From assembly GCA_029717555.1 (NCBI GenBank), contig JAMDHS010000033.1, positions 186,001 through 221,296 on the forward strand: DNA of 35,296 nucleotides, in the 5' to 3' direction. Below are positions 1 through 12,230 of this stretch, in pieces; the stretch's first letter is position 1, and the number at the start of each line of letters is the position of its first letter. The position numbers and the translations under genes were made by a program. Source of the DNA: Peribolospora baueri. Taxonomy: Eukaryota. Below the pieces are notes generated by a model. The model ran no database searches. It was not told the origin of the DNA and saw nothing but the letters and a program-made list of their open reading frames with translations.

Positions 1-1251
1 AGCGACACCACGACCAAACCCACCTTTACGCAGGTATCGTTATGAGTTCCATCTCGAAACTCTTTCCAAACTTTTCTCTTGCTCCTCGAGCGCCGGTAGA
101 GCTCTCTCATCATCCAAGGCGGGATCAGCTCGTCTTTTCTGCCGCTGAGGAAGAGGATGGGCACAGAGGGTGGGATGAGCTTGATGGATTCTCCTGAGGG
201 CCAGATTTCTCGGCAGAGGAAGGTGAGATGCTTGAGTGGGGGAAGGGCGTGCGGAATCAGCTCCGGAATGGAAAGGAAGCTGGGAGGGTGGAAGGGAGAG
301 ATGGAAGAAGGCGAGCCGTTTGGCCATCGGTTTCGTGGTCAGAGGCGACCGAGTGGAGTTTGGACTTGGCAGAGCTGTGATTCAGTTACCACTTACGTGT
401 TTTCGACTATGAGAGCGTGTATCTAGAGGTATAACAGCGAAGGGTGGGGGGCATGCAGTGTGAGCGGGATGGCCTTGCCAGCCTCCGCGGATACGACTCA
501 CCCTGTCCGGATTTTTACTGGCTAGATCGATGGCGACGGCGCCGCCGATACTCTGACTGTAGGCAATGATGATCGTCTCCTTGAGCACGGGATGGTCGAG
601 GATGTAATCGAGTGCCGTCTGTGCATCTATTCGGATTCCCTTCTCGCTCGGCTCGCCCTCAGAGATGCCGTAGCCGCGGTAGGAGAGCATGAACACGTTG
701 CAGCCAAAGCGTTTGTAAAAGACGGAGGCGAGGGGAAGGCGGTGGCCCTAAGGAAAGGCCGGGTGTGTCAGAGCGGGAAAAAAGAAGAAATTCAAAGGGA
801 GAGCGGAACGGGAAATATGCGAGAGGGTGTGACTGACCATATTGCCGGCGTTGGCATGGAAGAACAACACGGTAGGCCGCCTCCTCGCGTAGTCGTCCGC
901 CGCCTTCTTCTCCTTCTCCTCCTCTTCCAAATCCATGATTTTCTTCTCCTCTATCTCACCGTCACCCGAACCCACGCCCATGGCCTTGGCCCCGGCCTTG
1001 CCGTCCTGCATCATGAGATAGGCGCGAATAATGAGCCCGTCCGGGGTGCGCAGCTTGAGGTTCTCATAGGGGATGCCAAAGCGCTCTGGAGTCTCAACGT
1101 GGGTGCGAGATCCGGAGGGTAGACTGGAGGGGTAGATGAGCGAAGTCTGGTACTTGTACAAGAGGATGCAGAGCGAGGCAAAGCCGGCCGCTGCGAGGCC
1201 GCCGAAGACCTGTCGTGGTGTTGGGTACAAAACAAAGGTCCAGAGATGCAT
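1..1251 (-). CDS. bem46: Bem46/ABHD13-family alpha/beta hydrolase (spliced; 3' end runs off window start)
   Basis: Exons 1251-838, 747-502, 422-397 and 279-24, joined by GT-AG introns. Translation has an N-terminal TM anchor, YQTSLIYPS, FFHANAGNMGHRLP, SYRGYGISEGEPSEKGI, YSQSIGGAVA, IVENTFLSIP, LFLSGRKDELIPP and GTHNDT (Ser-Asp-His triad). Confidence 0.92.
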
Positions 1252-2314
1252 CCGTCAATCCTGGTTGGCGCTTGCACCGGTAGCCGCGCTGAGCAAGACG
1301 AGTTGACGAGCCGCTCACCTGGAACGCCGTCTGCCAACTGGGCAACAAAGCCATGGCTGTCGTTGAGTAAGGAGCGGGTGCCGTTCGATGGCCGATCTGA
1401 TTTCGTTTTGTTTCACAAGTTGACCCGGTGCGGTCTGTGACAATGCGGTGTCTTAGCGCTCGTAGTAGCAGTTGCGTAGGGCGCCAACACATGCGAGCGT
1501 GCCTTGTGTGTGACCTCGAGCGGCGTCGACAATGGCGAGCAGAGCAGAGCGCGCTGTCGAGGCTGGCGAGCCAACTCGACGACGATGACGACCACGTCCG
1601 ACCTGAACCCCCTCGCTCGGCAGCCGATCGGTGTGCTGCGGCAACCACGTGCCGACCCCAGTGGCGGTGTTCTCCTTCTGGCTCGTAGATTTGTTTGCCC
1701 CGCGGAACGCACGTCACAACTCCATCGTAGAATTCCCCGCGCGTGGATTCGGTTCGACGCTGTGCGGCGATGGCGTTGCGAGTTCGGAGGAGTGCGGGAG
1801 CTTGGCGGGGCGCAACATGGGGGGGAAGCGGAATGGGAGGCGCGGACAAGATGGGGAGATGGAGGCGAGATAAAAGGCGGCCGGAGCGAGAGCGCGGCGA
1901 GCTGGCAAGGGCAAGTGCTGGCCTGCGTGCGGTCCGATCGGTCTGCATATCGTTGCAACCATCTGGAAGAAAGAGGTTGATGATGACCGTGCACTTGCTA
2001 GGCCGCGCAAGACTTGTATTTCTCATTTCAGTGCCGCCGTGTACGTCAGTCGGACACGCAGCCCCAGGGGACCACTGTAACCTTGACCTGCGCTTCCCTC
2101 GCTGGAACACCTCTCCGATTTGAGCGACAATCCCGCTCGTTCCCATCGACCGACTGGCACCTTGACACCAAGTCATATATCTAGGTACATGATCGGAAAG
2201 GATAGGAGACGCGACTTGTCGCTCGTCATCCATGTGCGTCGCAAAGACCTTAATACCGCATACCGTACGAGCACACGCCAACTTCCATCCATACCACCAA
2301 GTCCTCCCGTCGCG

Positions 2315-3706
2315 TCAAGCGCCTAGGCTCCTTAAAATCCCCGTCCAGCTCCTTCCCATCCACCCCATCCACCGCATCGCCTCCTCGCCAGCCCTTGAGC
2401 TCTCCTCCAACAAACTCTCCTTCCTTTCCAGCGCCTCTGGATGCGTGTCGAGCGCGTCTGTGCCAGAGTCGAAACGCGGACCAAGGAGGAGGAGGCGGTC
2501 GAGGAGACGGTAGGTCACATGGTTGGAAGGATGGGTAGAGGGGGTCGAGGGAAAGGAAGAGGAGGTAGGACGACTCTGAGACGCGAAAGCGGGTTGGGAA
2601 AGAAGGTGCAGCTCCGCGCAAAGGTAGGCGATCCCGAGTCGGGCGCGCGTGGCATACCAATCGATCTGTAAGATTGGGGAAATTTCGTCAAGAGGTCGAT
2701 GAGCGCAGATAGAGGGTTGGGTCTTTGGACATGGGCAAAGCACCCAAAGCAAGACGAGGCTAAGAAGCGGAAACTCACGCCTTGCCTACCGTCTCCAACC
2801 ACCGCGCATGCCTCGTCGGCTACGCTCGCGGCCCTTTCAAGTAGCCCGAACGGGCTCAGGATAGGCAAAGCGATGGTATCGCTGCCCTTTCTTTTCTCCG
2901 TCTCCAGGGTCTCTCGCGCCCTTTCCAGCAAACCAGGGACGACAGATGCGAGGACGAGCTTGTAGTGTGGAGGAAGAGGAAGAGGGGAGGCGGAGATGAG
3001 AGCAGAGAATGTCGCTTGTGGTGGGAGGGGCGGGACGCGAAGGAGGGAAAGGGGAATGGAGGGCATGGCGATTGGAAGGGCAGAGTCTGTTAGGATTGAT
3101 CGAAGGGCGAGCGCCTTGGAGTCGGAAGGCGCGTGAAACCAAAGCGAAACGAAAAAGGGTGTCGAGACGGGCCGGACGTGATGTCAGCTCCGCAAAGTTT
3201 CTTCGGCCACTACACTAAGCCACTCAAACACTCACCTCCACCAGGGCGTCTTTGCCGAGCGCCTCACTCCAAGCGAGCCGTCGTCGCAGCGCCTGCCGTA
3301 GTCGCACGTCCATGGACAGGCCCTTCTCTTTCTCTTCCAGCTCCTTCTTCAAGGTAACGTGCGAGTCCGAGTCCAACAAAGACGTCGTCGCGTGCCCCCA
3401 CATCGCTCTTCGACCTGCCTCCTCCCAGGTGCTCAAAAGAGACTGCTCCAGGCTGCTTCTCGCGGAAGGAGACCCTGGAAAGAGTGCCCTGAGCGTGCGC
3501 TCATCGTATGTCGCAGGTGCTGAAGAGAACGAGGAAGGCAGATGGCTTTCAACGGTTTTCTCCTGGCCGGCCGTTGGACGTGCCTGTGTGGGCCAAGGAG
3601 GCGACGGCCAGCCTGCCCGAATGGAACGAAGAGTGAAGCCATGCGTAGGCAAGTGAGGCAGCGCTCCGACCAGGATGGCCGCCTTCTTGACTGCCGGGGA
3701 TGCCAT
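2315..3706 (-). CDS. COQ9: Ubiquinone biosynthesis protein COQ9 (3 exons)
   Basis: Exons 3706-3236, 3114-2779 and 2665-2315 splice in frame. Motifs ILVGALPHLPTHGFT, LRRRLAW..ALVEALAL, VADEAC and IDWYATRARLGIAYLCAELHLL match the COQ9 pattern (DWYxxRxxLxxxYxxxELxM/L). Confidence 0.8.
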
Positions 3707-3845
3707 CACGACTGTAGGTTCTGAAGTCTTCTCGCCGACCTCATTACGGAGTACAGGTTAGCGCCGCAGCATTTCCGTCTGACTAAGCAGGTCGACCTCT
3801 TAAGTCGTCTTCCTGGCTGGCCCCGCCACGCCTTCGCTGCTCAGG

Positions 3846-5999
3846 ATGACTATGCCAGCGCCGACGACGACGACTTTGTCTACAGCCGCCACAATGCCAT
3901 CGGCCGAGCCTCCGGGCTTGTCGTCTTTGGCGCCTCAGACAACGGCGACCGCACCCTCTCTTCCTCCCGTGACGCCCGCGGCGGATGCCTTGCGGGCCAC
4001 CATGTTCTCATCGTGGTACCCGCTCTTTCGCAGATTGTCACCCAAGGCTACCGTCATCAAGCCTCTCGACCCCGAATTTATTGAATGGCTTGAGATGGAT
4101 GGTTGCGTATTGCCGGAGGATGCGGGGGAGATAGTGTGAGTGTGAATGACGTCACACAATACAATGTGTAGTGTCCGATCAGCTGGACCTCTGACCCATC
4201 TGCTCCCCTTCCCCGTCGGATTTACCCTCGCAGCCGAAGCGGGTCGCCAGCCTCCAGCTCGGGCTTCTCTTCCGATGGGGAAGAAGAAGGTGACGACCAT
4301 AGCGTGACAGCACAGCCCTCTTTCCCGTCCCTAACTGCGCGCATCCGCCAGATCATCTCCAGTTACGATGGCGCCGTGTTCCCCAAGCTCAACTGGTCCG
4401 CCCCGCTCGACGCAGCCTGGATGCTGCCAGGGTCGAGTTTGCGATGTACCGTGCCTGCAGACGTCTATCTTTTGTTGAAGAGTTCGGACTTTGCGGCCAA
4501 GGACATGGAGCAGTGTGCAGAACTTGCCGCTTCAAAAGAGGCGGCGAGACAAGAGCAGCTGCAAGAGCGACAAGGAGGTGGTGCAACGCAACTGTCAGCA
4601 GAAAACGAGCCGCCTTCCAGGCTGAGGCAGGGGCTTGCCTCTCTAGCTCTGGCGTCTCTCTCTCCTCATTTACCGACCTCTGCGACAACACCTTCCTTCA
4701 CGCCTCCAACATCCACCGCGGCGTCCACCACCGAGTCAGAACCACCGGACAGCTTGCCCACCACGCCTCCACCGCCCCTTCGTTCGACTACCAGAACCTC
4801 TGCTGGGGTCGACTCCTTGGATGCGATAGCCGCCACGTCGATGGTGAGGATGGGACGGTCCGAGGGAGGGCAAGAGGAAGAAGAGAAGCCTGAGCTCGAG
4901 CTCATCCTTAAAAAATGGTTTGATATGCCCAAGAGCCATGAGTTCCGCTGCTTCGTTCGAGCTGGCAGGCTCATAGGTAAGCTATTTTGTTTTACTTCAA
5001 CATAACCCGTTTCATTTGACTCTCTCTTACACTTCCTCGTTTCCCCTGGTGAATACCTTTGCGGATCCATCCATCACAATACCAGCTATAGCACAACGAG
5101 ATCCGACGTACTACGAGCACCTCCAGCCTGCCAACGTCCAATTAGCCTTTAGACAGAAGATGGCTGACTTCTGGAAGGACCAGGTTCGAGGAAGGTTCGC
5201 GCTCGAGGACTGTGAGTCGCTCGAGGATATACTATATTGCCTCATTTCGCTCCTTCGTTTAGTCGATGTCAGCATATTCACCACATCCTTCCGCCTACTC
5301 ATCTTGTCCTCAGACACGCTGGATCTGTACCTCACGCGCGACGCCTCCCGTATTTTCATCATCGATTTCAACGCATATGGTCCCCTCTCCCGCACCGACG
5401 CGCTGCTCTGGGATTGGGATGAGCTGGAGGAGCTTGCTGGCCAGCGATTGTTGGCGGAGGCGGAGGAAGCCTTAGTGGCGGAGGAGCTCGGGTCAAGTGT
5501 TGCAGCAGGGTCGCGCGTTGTGAGAACTAGGACCGGCGGAGGGGGAGAAGGAGAAGAGCTCGTCGAGGAGGAGATCGTCGTCCGCATCCCGCTTGAAGCT
5601 GTCGCCGGTGACGCCCCTTCCGCGACAGCCTCCACCACCCTCACCTCTGCTGGGAGCAACCGCGAAGACCGAGGGCCGTCGACCATCGCCGCTTCGTCAG
5701 GTCTTGTCGGTGAAAATGGACGGCAGCGCTCCGACTCGTCTGTCACTCTCCCTGCTGAACCGTGGCCTTTGCTCACCTCTGAGGCACACCTCCCGCCCCT
5801 GCGCCTCATCGCCACCAGGGCGGAAGCCAGTCAGAGCATGCCGACCTATAGCGCCAACATGTATCCGAAGGAAGTCGTGGACTTTGGCGAGGGGCAGGGC
5901 ATCGCTGAATTTGCCCAGAGGTGGCACGAGGAACTCGACAGGGCTGCGAGGGCTGGGGAAGAAGACGAGGAGGACGGGGCAGAGCAGAACGGAGGGTGA
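3846..5999 (+). CDS. CDC123: Cell division cycle protein 123 (D123 ATP-grasp eIF2 assembly factor; 4 exons)
   Basis: FSSWYPLFR, VFPKLNWSAPLDAAWM, DVYLLLKSSDF, LKKWF..EFRCFVR..LIAIAQRD and IIDFNAY..TDALLWDW. Three GT-AG introns (near 4136, 4976 and 5212) restore the frame. Confidence 0.93.
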
Positions 6000-6202
6000 A
6001 CGAGCGAGACGTTACTTATTCGTCTGAGAGGCCAAAAGCACCACACATTTTATCTGGTCGTTCGGATTAACCTGTAGAATATCTGTCGTTCACGCAAGCA
6101 AGCCTACGCATCTCCAGTCGGCGCCGCAGAGCGGTGCGCATTCCGCAGCCCACAGATACAGTTACATAGGAACTACAATTTCTGCGGCGACGAACGACAA
6201 TG

Positions 6203-7497
6203 TTAGGCGGACGTCCCTTGCGGGCTAGACTCGGCAGAAGGCGAGGAAGACGTTTCGGCCCCGGTGGCAGCACCCTGACTCGTGTGCTCGGCCACCAGGC
6301 CCTTGGCGAGATACCCTCGGTGGGCGGGAGAAGAGTAGTATACTGGCGGAGTGTGGACGGCAAGTAGTTGGGGTGATAAGGGGCCAATCAATACGTAAGC
6401 CATCGCTTTCTCCGAAAATGTGAATCACGACGCTGGAAGAAAAGGCTGATCCTTCTCCCTTCAACCTACACGCACCAATTTCTTTCTTCGAAATGGGATG
6501 CGCGTCCCTAGGCATCAACTTTCCCTCGAACTTGTGAGGTTCAAGTAAGGCCCTAAGCGTAATAGCGTTGTAGTACTTTGTGGTGATGGTGCCACCGGCC
6601 CGTTCAACTGCTCGAATCGCAGAGGCCGAGGCTTTGGATACGGTAATGTCAAGGGGTGTGCGGAGGTGGGAGACGCCCTGATGACACACGAGCCCGACAG
6701 CAAGAATGAGGCATTGCATGAGCACGGAACTAGTGCGTGAAGATGAGACGTCGAAACGACGTCGAAAAGAAACACGGTGCGAACACTCACATCGGCGAGT
6801 AGCTTGACGCCGTCCTTGATACCATGCACGCACCGTGTCTCCAACAACTCTCGCATCGTGATTTGCTTAGAGGGATCGATCAAACCACGATCAATCCAGA
6901 ATTGTATGCGATCCACGTTGACGGGAGACCAGCGCTTAGAGTTGCTGTGTTGTCCGTCCATCAGTCGCAGAGGAGGAAAAAAGAAGGGAGTATGCAGGTT
7001 GTAAGCAAGACCGGCAGGGAGAGCTTGGATGAGTGCCATCATACAACAAATCGGAAAAGTTCTACTCACACGTTCTTGAAACCAACTTTAGGATAACGTC
7101 TTGTTAACGGTGTCTGACCGCCTTCGAACCCTGGGGTAGGCTTGCCGTTACCCGCTCGAGATTTCTGGCCTTTGTGACCACGGGTGGACGTGCCACCTCG
7201 ACCTGAAGACGGACCTCGTCCTACTCGTTGACGCTTGGGGTCAAATGGTATGAACAAGGTACATATATTAGCATCATGTAATCCACAATATGGAATCATC
7301 GGGCTATCATTGCGGCTACAACTCACATTCTTAGTTGAGCCAGGCGCAGGGGCGAGGGCACCGAGCCTGACCTCATTAGCGTACGTCCTCCTCTGCAAAG
7401 TAAGCGAGCCACAAACGGAACTGGGAGCAGATTGTGCTGCGCTCCGCGGTATGTTCAGGGAGAGAAGACGGAACGACTGAAGGAGAGAGGACGCCAT
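6203..7497 (-). CDS. MRPL15: Mitochondrial ribosomal protein uL15m (yeast MRPL10 / human MRPL15; 5 exons)
   Basis: Ser/Leu/Arg-rich presequence [12 protein letters not shown], then [65 protein letters not shown] and [11 protein letters not shown]. Confidence 0.95.
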
Positions 7498-7563
7498 AGT
7501 CGGTGATGGTATGAAAGCACGAAGAACCACCGCCCTAGAAGGAAGGCGAGGTCGAGGGCTCAT

Positions 7564-8008
7564 GATTGACTGCGGTGGTTGATTGATTGATTTATTGATT
7601 TATTTCGCTTAGAGTCTATGTACTGGTCTCCAGAGACTATTAACCGAGTAAATCGTGGGAATCGAGTGACTGCGGATCGTGGGCGCGATCGTGGTGCGGA
7701 ACAAGGGGGGAGGCGGTCCGGGAGCTACCGTCTACGCACCTATGGATGTAGAGGAAATCCAGACTAACAGAACTGCGCAAGAACGCCTTGGTGACGATAC
7801 AGGGGAATCGTAAGGGGGTTGGTAAGTTGGTAGAACGGTTCATCATAGGGGTGTGATGTATCGTCGGAAGCAGAAAGCTAATGACGCAGCAAATTGGCTT
7901 TACATGAAGCAGTTCAACGGCCATCGATGGTGGCTCTACACTCCTTTCTTCCCGGTGACTGCGGCACGACCATATCCTCGCCGCAGTTTATCTTCGCCGC
8001 AGTCAATC
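7564..8008. promoter_or_regulatory. Bidirectional promoter between uL15m and RRP8, bounded by the inverted 12-mer GATTGACTGCGG / CCGCAGTCAATC, with further ACTGCGG/CCGCAGT copies
   Basis: Perfect inverted 12-mers at 7564-7575 and 7997-8008, 66 and 68 nt from the respective ATGs. Additional copies: GTGACTGCGG at 7666-7675 and 7955-7964, CCGCAGT at 7981-7987. The regulatory role is inferred. Confidence 0.55.
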
Positions 8009-8076
8009 CGAGGTGGAAGTCACCCATGCTGACAGGCGAATCTGATCTTGACCTCAGCTCAGCAAGCACATCAGCC

Positions 8077-9974
8077 ATGTCATTCTTCGAGACGCCTGGA
8101 TGGGCCGTTTCTGGCAGGGCCGTTCCAGATCCAGACGCGGGTCCGAAGCATTCCCATCAAAAACGGCAACAGGACAACAAACGCAAGCACGGCGGTGGAG
8201 ACGACAGGAATGAGCTGGTAAAGGCGGCGAACAGCAACTTGGCCAAGCTGGTCGGTATGATGGACGGCTTCGGCAGCGGCAACGCTAAAGGTAGTGGAGC
8301 GGGAGGGGGAAGTTTTGAGGAGCACAAGAGCAAAGGGCAGGACCTTCGTGGGAAAGGCAAAGGGAAACATTTGAACGCAGAGGGAAGCGGACGGGACCAC
8401 AAACGGCAAAAGAGGGACCAGCAGGTGCCGCAGACCGGTAGCCCTTCTCAACGCTTCCCCTCCAAAGGACTAGGAAAGGGGAAAGGAAACGACAACGACA
8501 AATCCAAGGGTGTGTTGAGCTCCCGCGACGGTCACAAATCGGGGGGGAAAGGAGTCGAGCACAAGCTTGGCCCGGTTGGTGACAATGCTGGTCAAGGAGG
8601 GAAAAACAAGGGCAAGGGAAAGGGCAAGGGCAAGGACAAAGGCAAGAGTAAGAAGGAAAACGTGCCCCTTCATGAAGGCGACAACGAGGGCACGATGGAG
8701 AGAGAGGCCAACACGCATTCCCCGAACAAGGAACAAACCCTCTCCAGCGCGCCTCCTTCAGCTTCTGTCTCTGCGCAAGCGCCGGCACCGAGCGACTCTT
8801 TCCAAGGTCTAACGCCTTTGCAACGGAAGATGAGGGAGAAGCTCTCAGGCTCTCGCTTTCGTTGGATTAACGAGCAGCTCTACACTGTCGACAGCAAACA
8901 TGCTTCTGAGTTGATGAAAGGAGATCCGAGCATGTTTGAAGAGGTGCGTGTTGGCATACAGAGACGTTTGTCATATCTGGGGTTATCAGGCTTATTTCTT
9001 TGGATGTCTTCTCTCTGCATCTCTGTATTTTCCCCTCGTCCGCCTTCGTTTGTCAATTTTTTTTGCACGAACATTCAGTATCACTCGGGCTTTCGCCAAC
9101 AGGTTCTCACATGGCCGACCAACCCTGTTGACTCCTTCATCAGCCGGCTCTCCACTAAACCCCCTCGCACCCTTATAGTTGACCTCGGCGCCGGAGAAGG
9201 GGCTTTAGCGAAGGCACTCGTCCCTAAGGGCATTAACGTGCTGAGTTTTGATCTTTTGGATCGTGAAGATGGCTGGGTTGTCGCTGCGGATGTGGGGACC
9301 AGGATTCCGTTACCCGGCTCAGACGCACGTGCTGAAGGAGAACAGGCGAACGGGAAAGAGAAAAGCAAGAACAAGAGAAAGAGCAAAGGTGCGAATGGGA
9401 CAGGAGAAGGAGGCGGTGGTGGGGGACAGGTCGTGGACGTGGTCGTCTTTTGTCTCAGCTTGATGGGCACGAATTGGGTCGACATGGTCCGAGAGGCGAG
9501 AAGGATCCTTAAAGAAGGGTAAGCTGAAGCGCTGTTCTGGATTTCGCTTTCATTTCACTTCTGGTTCGGCCTTTTTCATTTCGACAAGTTTGCTTAGCCT
9601 TGTCTTGCTTCATTCACCCGTGTCACCCTCGCAGCGGCGAGCTCAAGGTCGCCGAAGTCACCAGTCGGTTCACGTCAGTAGACGACTTCATCGAGCTAGT
9701 CTCGTCTCTCGGCTTCAAGTTCGTCTCCAAAGTGAGTGAAAAGGAAGCGCTTCGTACTGTACGCTATCGGTCAGGTGCGGCCTATCGTCACTCTTCTGGC
9801 TAACCGTCTCCTCTTCCCCGGCATTTTCCCCTTCTCGCGCAGGACGACTCCAATACCCACTTCGTCCACTTTGAGTTTGTCAAGGTCGGAGGCCTCGCGG
9901 AGGGCGCGAACGAGAAGGGATTGTGCGAGCAGGGCGCCAACCTACTCAAGCCTTGTATCTACAAGAAGCGTTGA
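8077..9974 (+). CDS. RRP8: 25S rRNA m1A methyltransferase RRP8 (4 exons)
   Basis: K/G-rich N-terminal region, then LTPLQRKMREKLSGSRFRWINEQLYT, YHSGFRQQVLTWPTNPV, VDLGAGEG, VFCLSLMGTNW, AEVTSRF and C-terminal LLKPCIYKKR*. Confidence 0.95.
8604..8650 (+). repeat. Coding hexanucleotide repeat (AAGGGC-like) encoding KGKGKGKGKDKGK within RRP8
   Basis: aagggcaagggaaagggcaagggcaaggacaaaggcaag is seen directly. Confidence 0.7.
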
Positions 9975-10075
9975 AGGTCCGACGTTTCTGCAAGTATCTT
10001 GGCGACTGCCGCCCGATCTTGGTTTCGTCGACATTGATATATTATTACGCATTCTTCACTCCCACGAACAAGTAG

Positions 10076-11813
10076 TTAAAGCGCCTTCCGGAAAAGCTTT
10101 TCGTTCTTCGTCTTCTCCACCTTTCCAGCCTTCCATGCCAAGATCAACCTTCCTATGATCCATGTCTGGGTGACGAGGAAGACAATCCCGGCCGCCCAGA
10201 GTGGCAAATAGACCGGCTGTCCCAGAAATTCCAGCCTGTACGCGAGACCTAGCCAGATCGCCTGTGTTGGAAAAACAGAGAAGAAAGCAAGGGACAAGGC
10301 GGCGACGAGAAATTGAGAAACAATCACGCCAAAGAGTGATGATGTTAAGTGAACAGAAACAGTCGAAGAAGTCGGCACGCACCTGTCCGCCAACCCAGGC
10401 TGCTAGAAGAGCGATCGCCTCGGCCTTGTCCAGTCGGAGGAAGGGTAGCACTAGTGGCAAGAACCACATGAACCAAAGGAAATACTGAGGGAGCCGAAGG
10501 CGGACCGAAGAAAGGGTCGTGCGAGGTCACAAGCCGATGGCTTCTTCAAGTCTCTGTCTATCCGACGAAAGAGTCGCACTCACTTGGCTAGTGCACACCT
10601 TGTTTAACGCAACAAAGGCGACCGTCTGTACGAAAAAGGCGAACGGCAAGTCCTTCCCTCCGAACAGAAAACCGAGCAAGGCGCACAAGGCGATTTGAGG
10701 CACGAAGCTGAAGAGCGGTGAAGCGAGCGCGCAGGTGAAAACGTCAGACCATTTTGGTTCTACTTGTGCGGGAGGAAAAGATGGAGATGGAGAGCCGTTG
10801 CCGACAAGGTTTTTGAAGAGAGAGAGGTAGATGGGGTAGAAGTATGGGGAGAAGTTGTGACGATGGTCTAGCCTATGGAGATGGTATAGATATGTATGTT
10901 GAACGAAGGGTAGGCCCCAGCTGGAAGCGTTGCATACGAAAAGCGTGTTGTGAAGATCAATATTGGAATCAGTGCATAGTTGGGTGGAGAGATGAAGAGA
11001 CGGGACGACCACAGGTAGCACCCACAACAGATACATGAGAAGATTGAGCGCCATAAACGTCCCAAAACTGACGACCGCGAGTCGCACCCGGTCCCTCGTG
11101 AGGTGTCTTCGCGGCCAGGATAGTAGTCCTGAGCGACGGGCACCCTCTGCTGACGGTGCGTAAAACGCGAGCAAGCTGGGGGCGTAGATCACGGGATAGA
11201 TTTTGAAGTGCACTGCCACGCCTAGCAGGACGGCGGCCAAATCCTTCCTTCGCGACACGGCGGCGGCAAGCATGGCCACGACGATGAGACCGAGAACGCT
11301 CTCCGCGCTCCCTCGCGTGGAAATGTTGGCGACCATGGGATTCGCGAGCCAGAGCAAGCCAGCCCAGTGAGAAGCGGAAGCCCGCTTATCTTCTCCTTTT
11401 GCACCCACTTTCGAAGTATTGGCGTCGAACAAGCGAGCCTCGAGGACGGAATAGAGCAGGGCGCCGATCAAAAGATCGCACGAAGCAAACAAGAGCTTCC
11501 CAAAGATAGGGTGGACGAGCTCGTTAGGAAGGAGGAGCAAGGCCAGAATAGGCGTGTAGCGGTACGTCGCACGTGCATACGGAGAACCCAAGTCAAGCTC
11601 GAGTGCCCGGGCGAGCGGTCCAGCGGCGCACTGCTCGGACGGCCGCGTAGGGCATCCGGACCAGAGGATGCGACTAGCATCGCTGAACACCTTGTAATCC
11701 ACGTCGGTGTACTTGACCGCAAAGTGCGCGTCCTGGTAGGCACCATAGGCGAGCAGGCCCAGGCGCAGAAGGGCGGATGCGATGAGATAGCGACGAAAGA
11801 GGTGGTGGGTCAT
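10076..11813 (-). CDS. GPI14: GPI alpha-1,4-mannosyltransferase I (PIG-M / GPI14; 4 exons)
   Basis: VKYTDVDYKVFSDA (DxD), SPYARATYRYTP, NPMVANISTRGSAES, VHFKIYPVIYA, YLYHLHRLDHRHNFSPYFY, FVALNKVCTSQ|YFLWFMWFLP and QAIWLGLAYRLEFLG. Confidence 0.96.
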
Positions 11814-12230
11814 TTCGGCGGCATGCTGAGCGAGCACCTTGGAAGAACAGATGAGGAGAGAACCGACTCGAGAGCGCCAGTGTAACCTACAAGCTGCGGC
11901 GGACGGGGCTCGGACCACCGGCACGGCGACCTCCTGCCAACGACCTCCCTGTCCCGTTCCAAGAATGATTTCAAGGTATTTATCTTTTTCTCCGCAGGCC
12001 AAATTCATTCCGAAGAGCATCACACAAGTTAGCAGTAGCAGCTCGGGCAGCGGGAATCGGTCCGATGCGGAGGACAGGTGTCCCAGAACGTGGTACCCGC
12101 ACGAAAACCTGTCGATCTCGTAGCTTCACATATGCAGACCAGATGATATATGGTATAGAGGCTACATACAGGTACCGTCGCTGCCGTGTACAGCATGCAT
12201 GCGTGAGCACGTCGTCCAGGAAGGAGAGCC

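Noticed and set aside
1094..2281. 395-aa minus-strand ORF
   Set aside because: Non-ATG start, Arg/Ser/Pro-rich composition typical of GC-rich noncoding frames, no motifs, and an out-of-frame overlap with Bem46.
7894..8076. Extended N-terminus of RRP8 in the ORF track (also GPI14 12023-11814 and uL15m 7563-7498)
   Set aside because: These extensions run through promoter/leader sequence with no recognisable similarity, and the RRP8 and GPI14 ones start at non-ATG codons; downstream ATGs fit better.
10040..10078. GPI14 stop context TAA-CTA as readthrough to a cryptic peroxisomal signal
   Set aside because: The efficient motif is TGA-CTA, no nearby PTS1-ending extension is seen, and the protein is an ER membrane enzyme. 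The other stops I inspected also showed no PTS1 extension.
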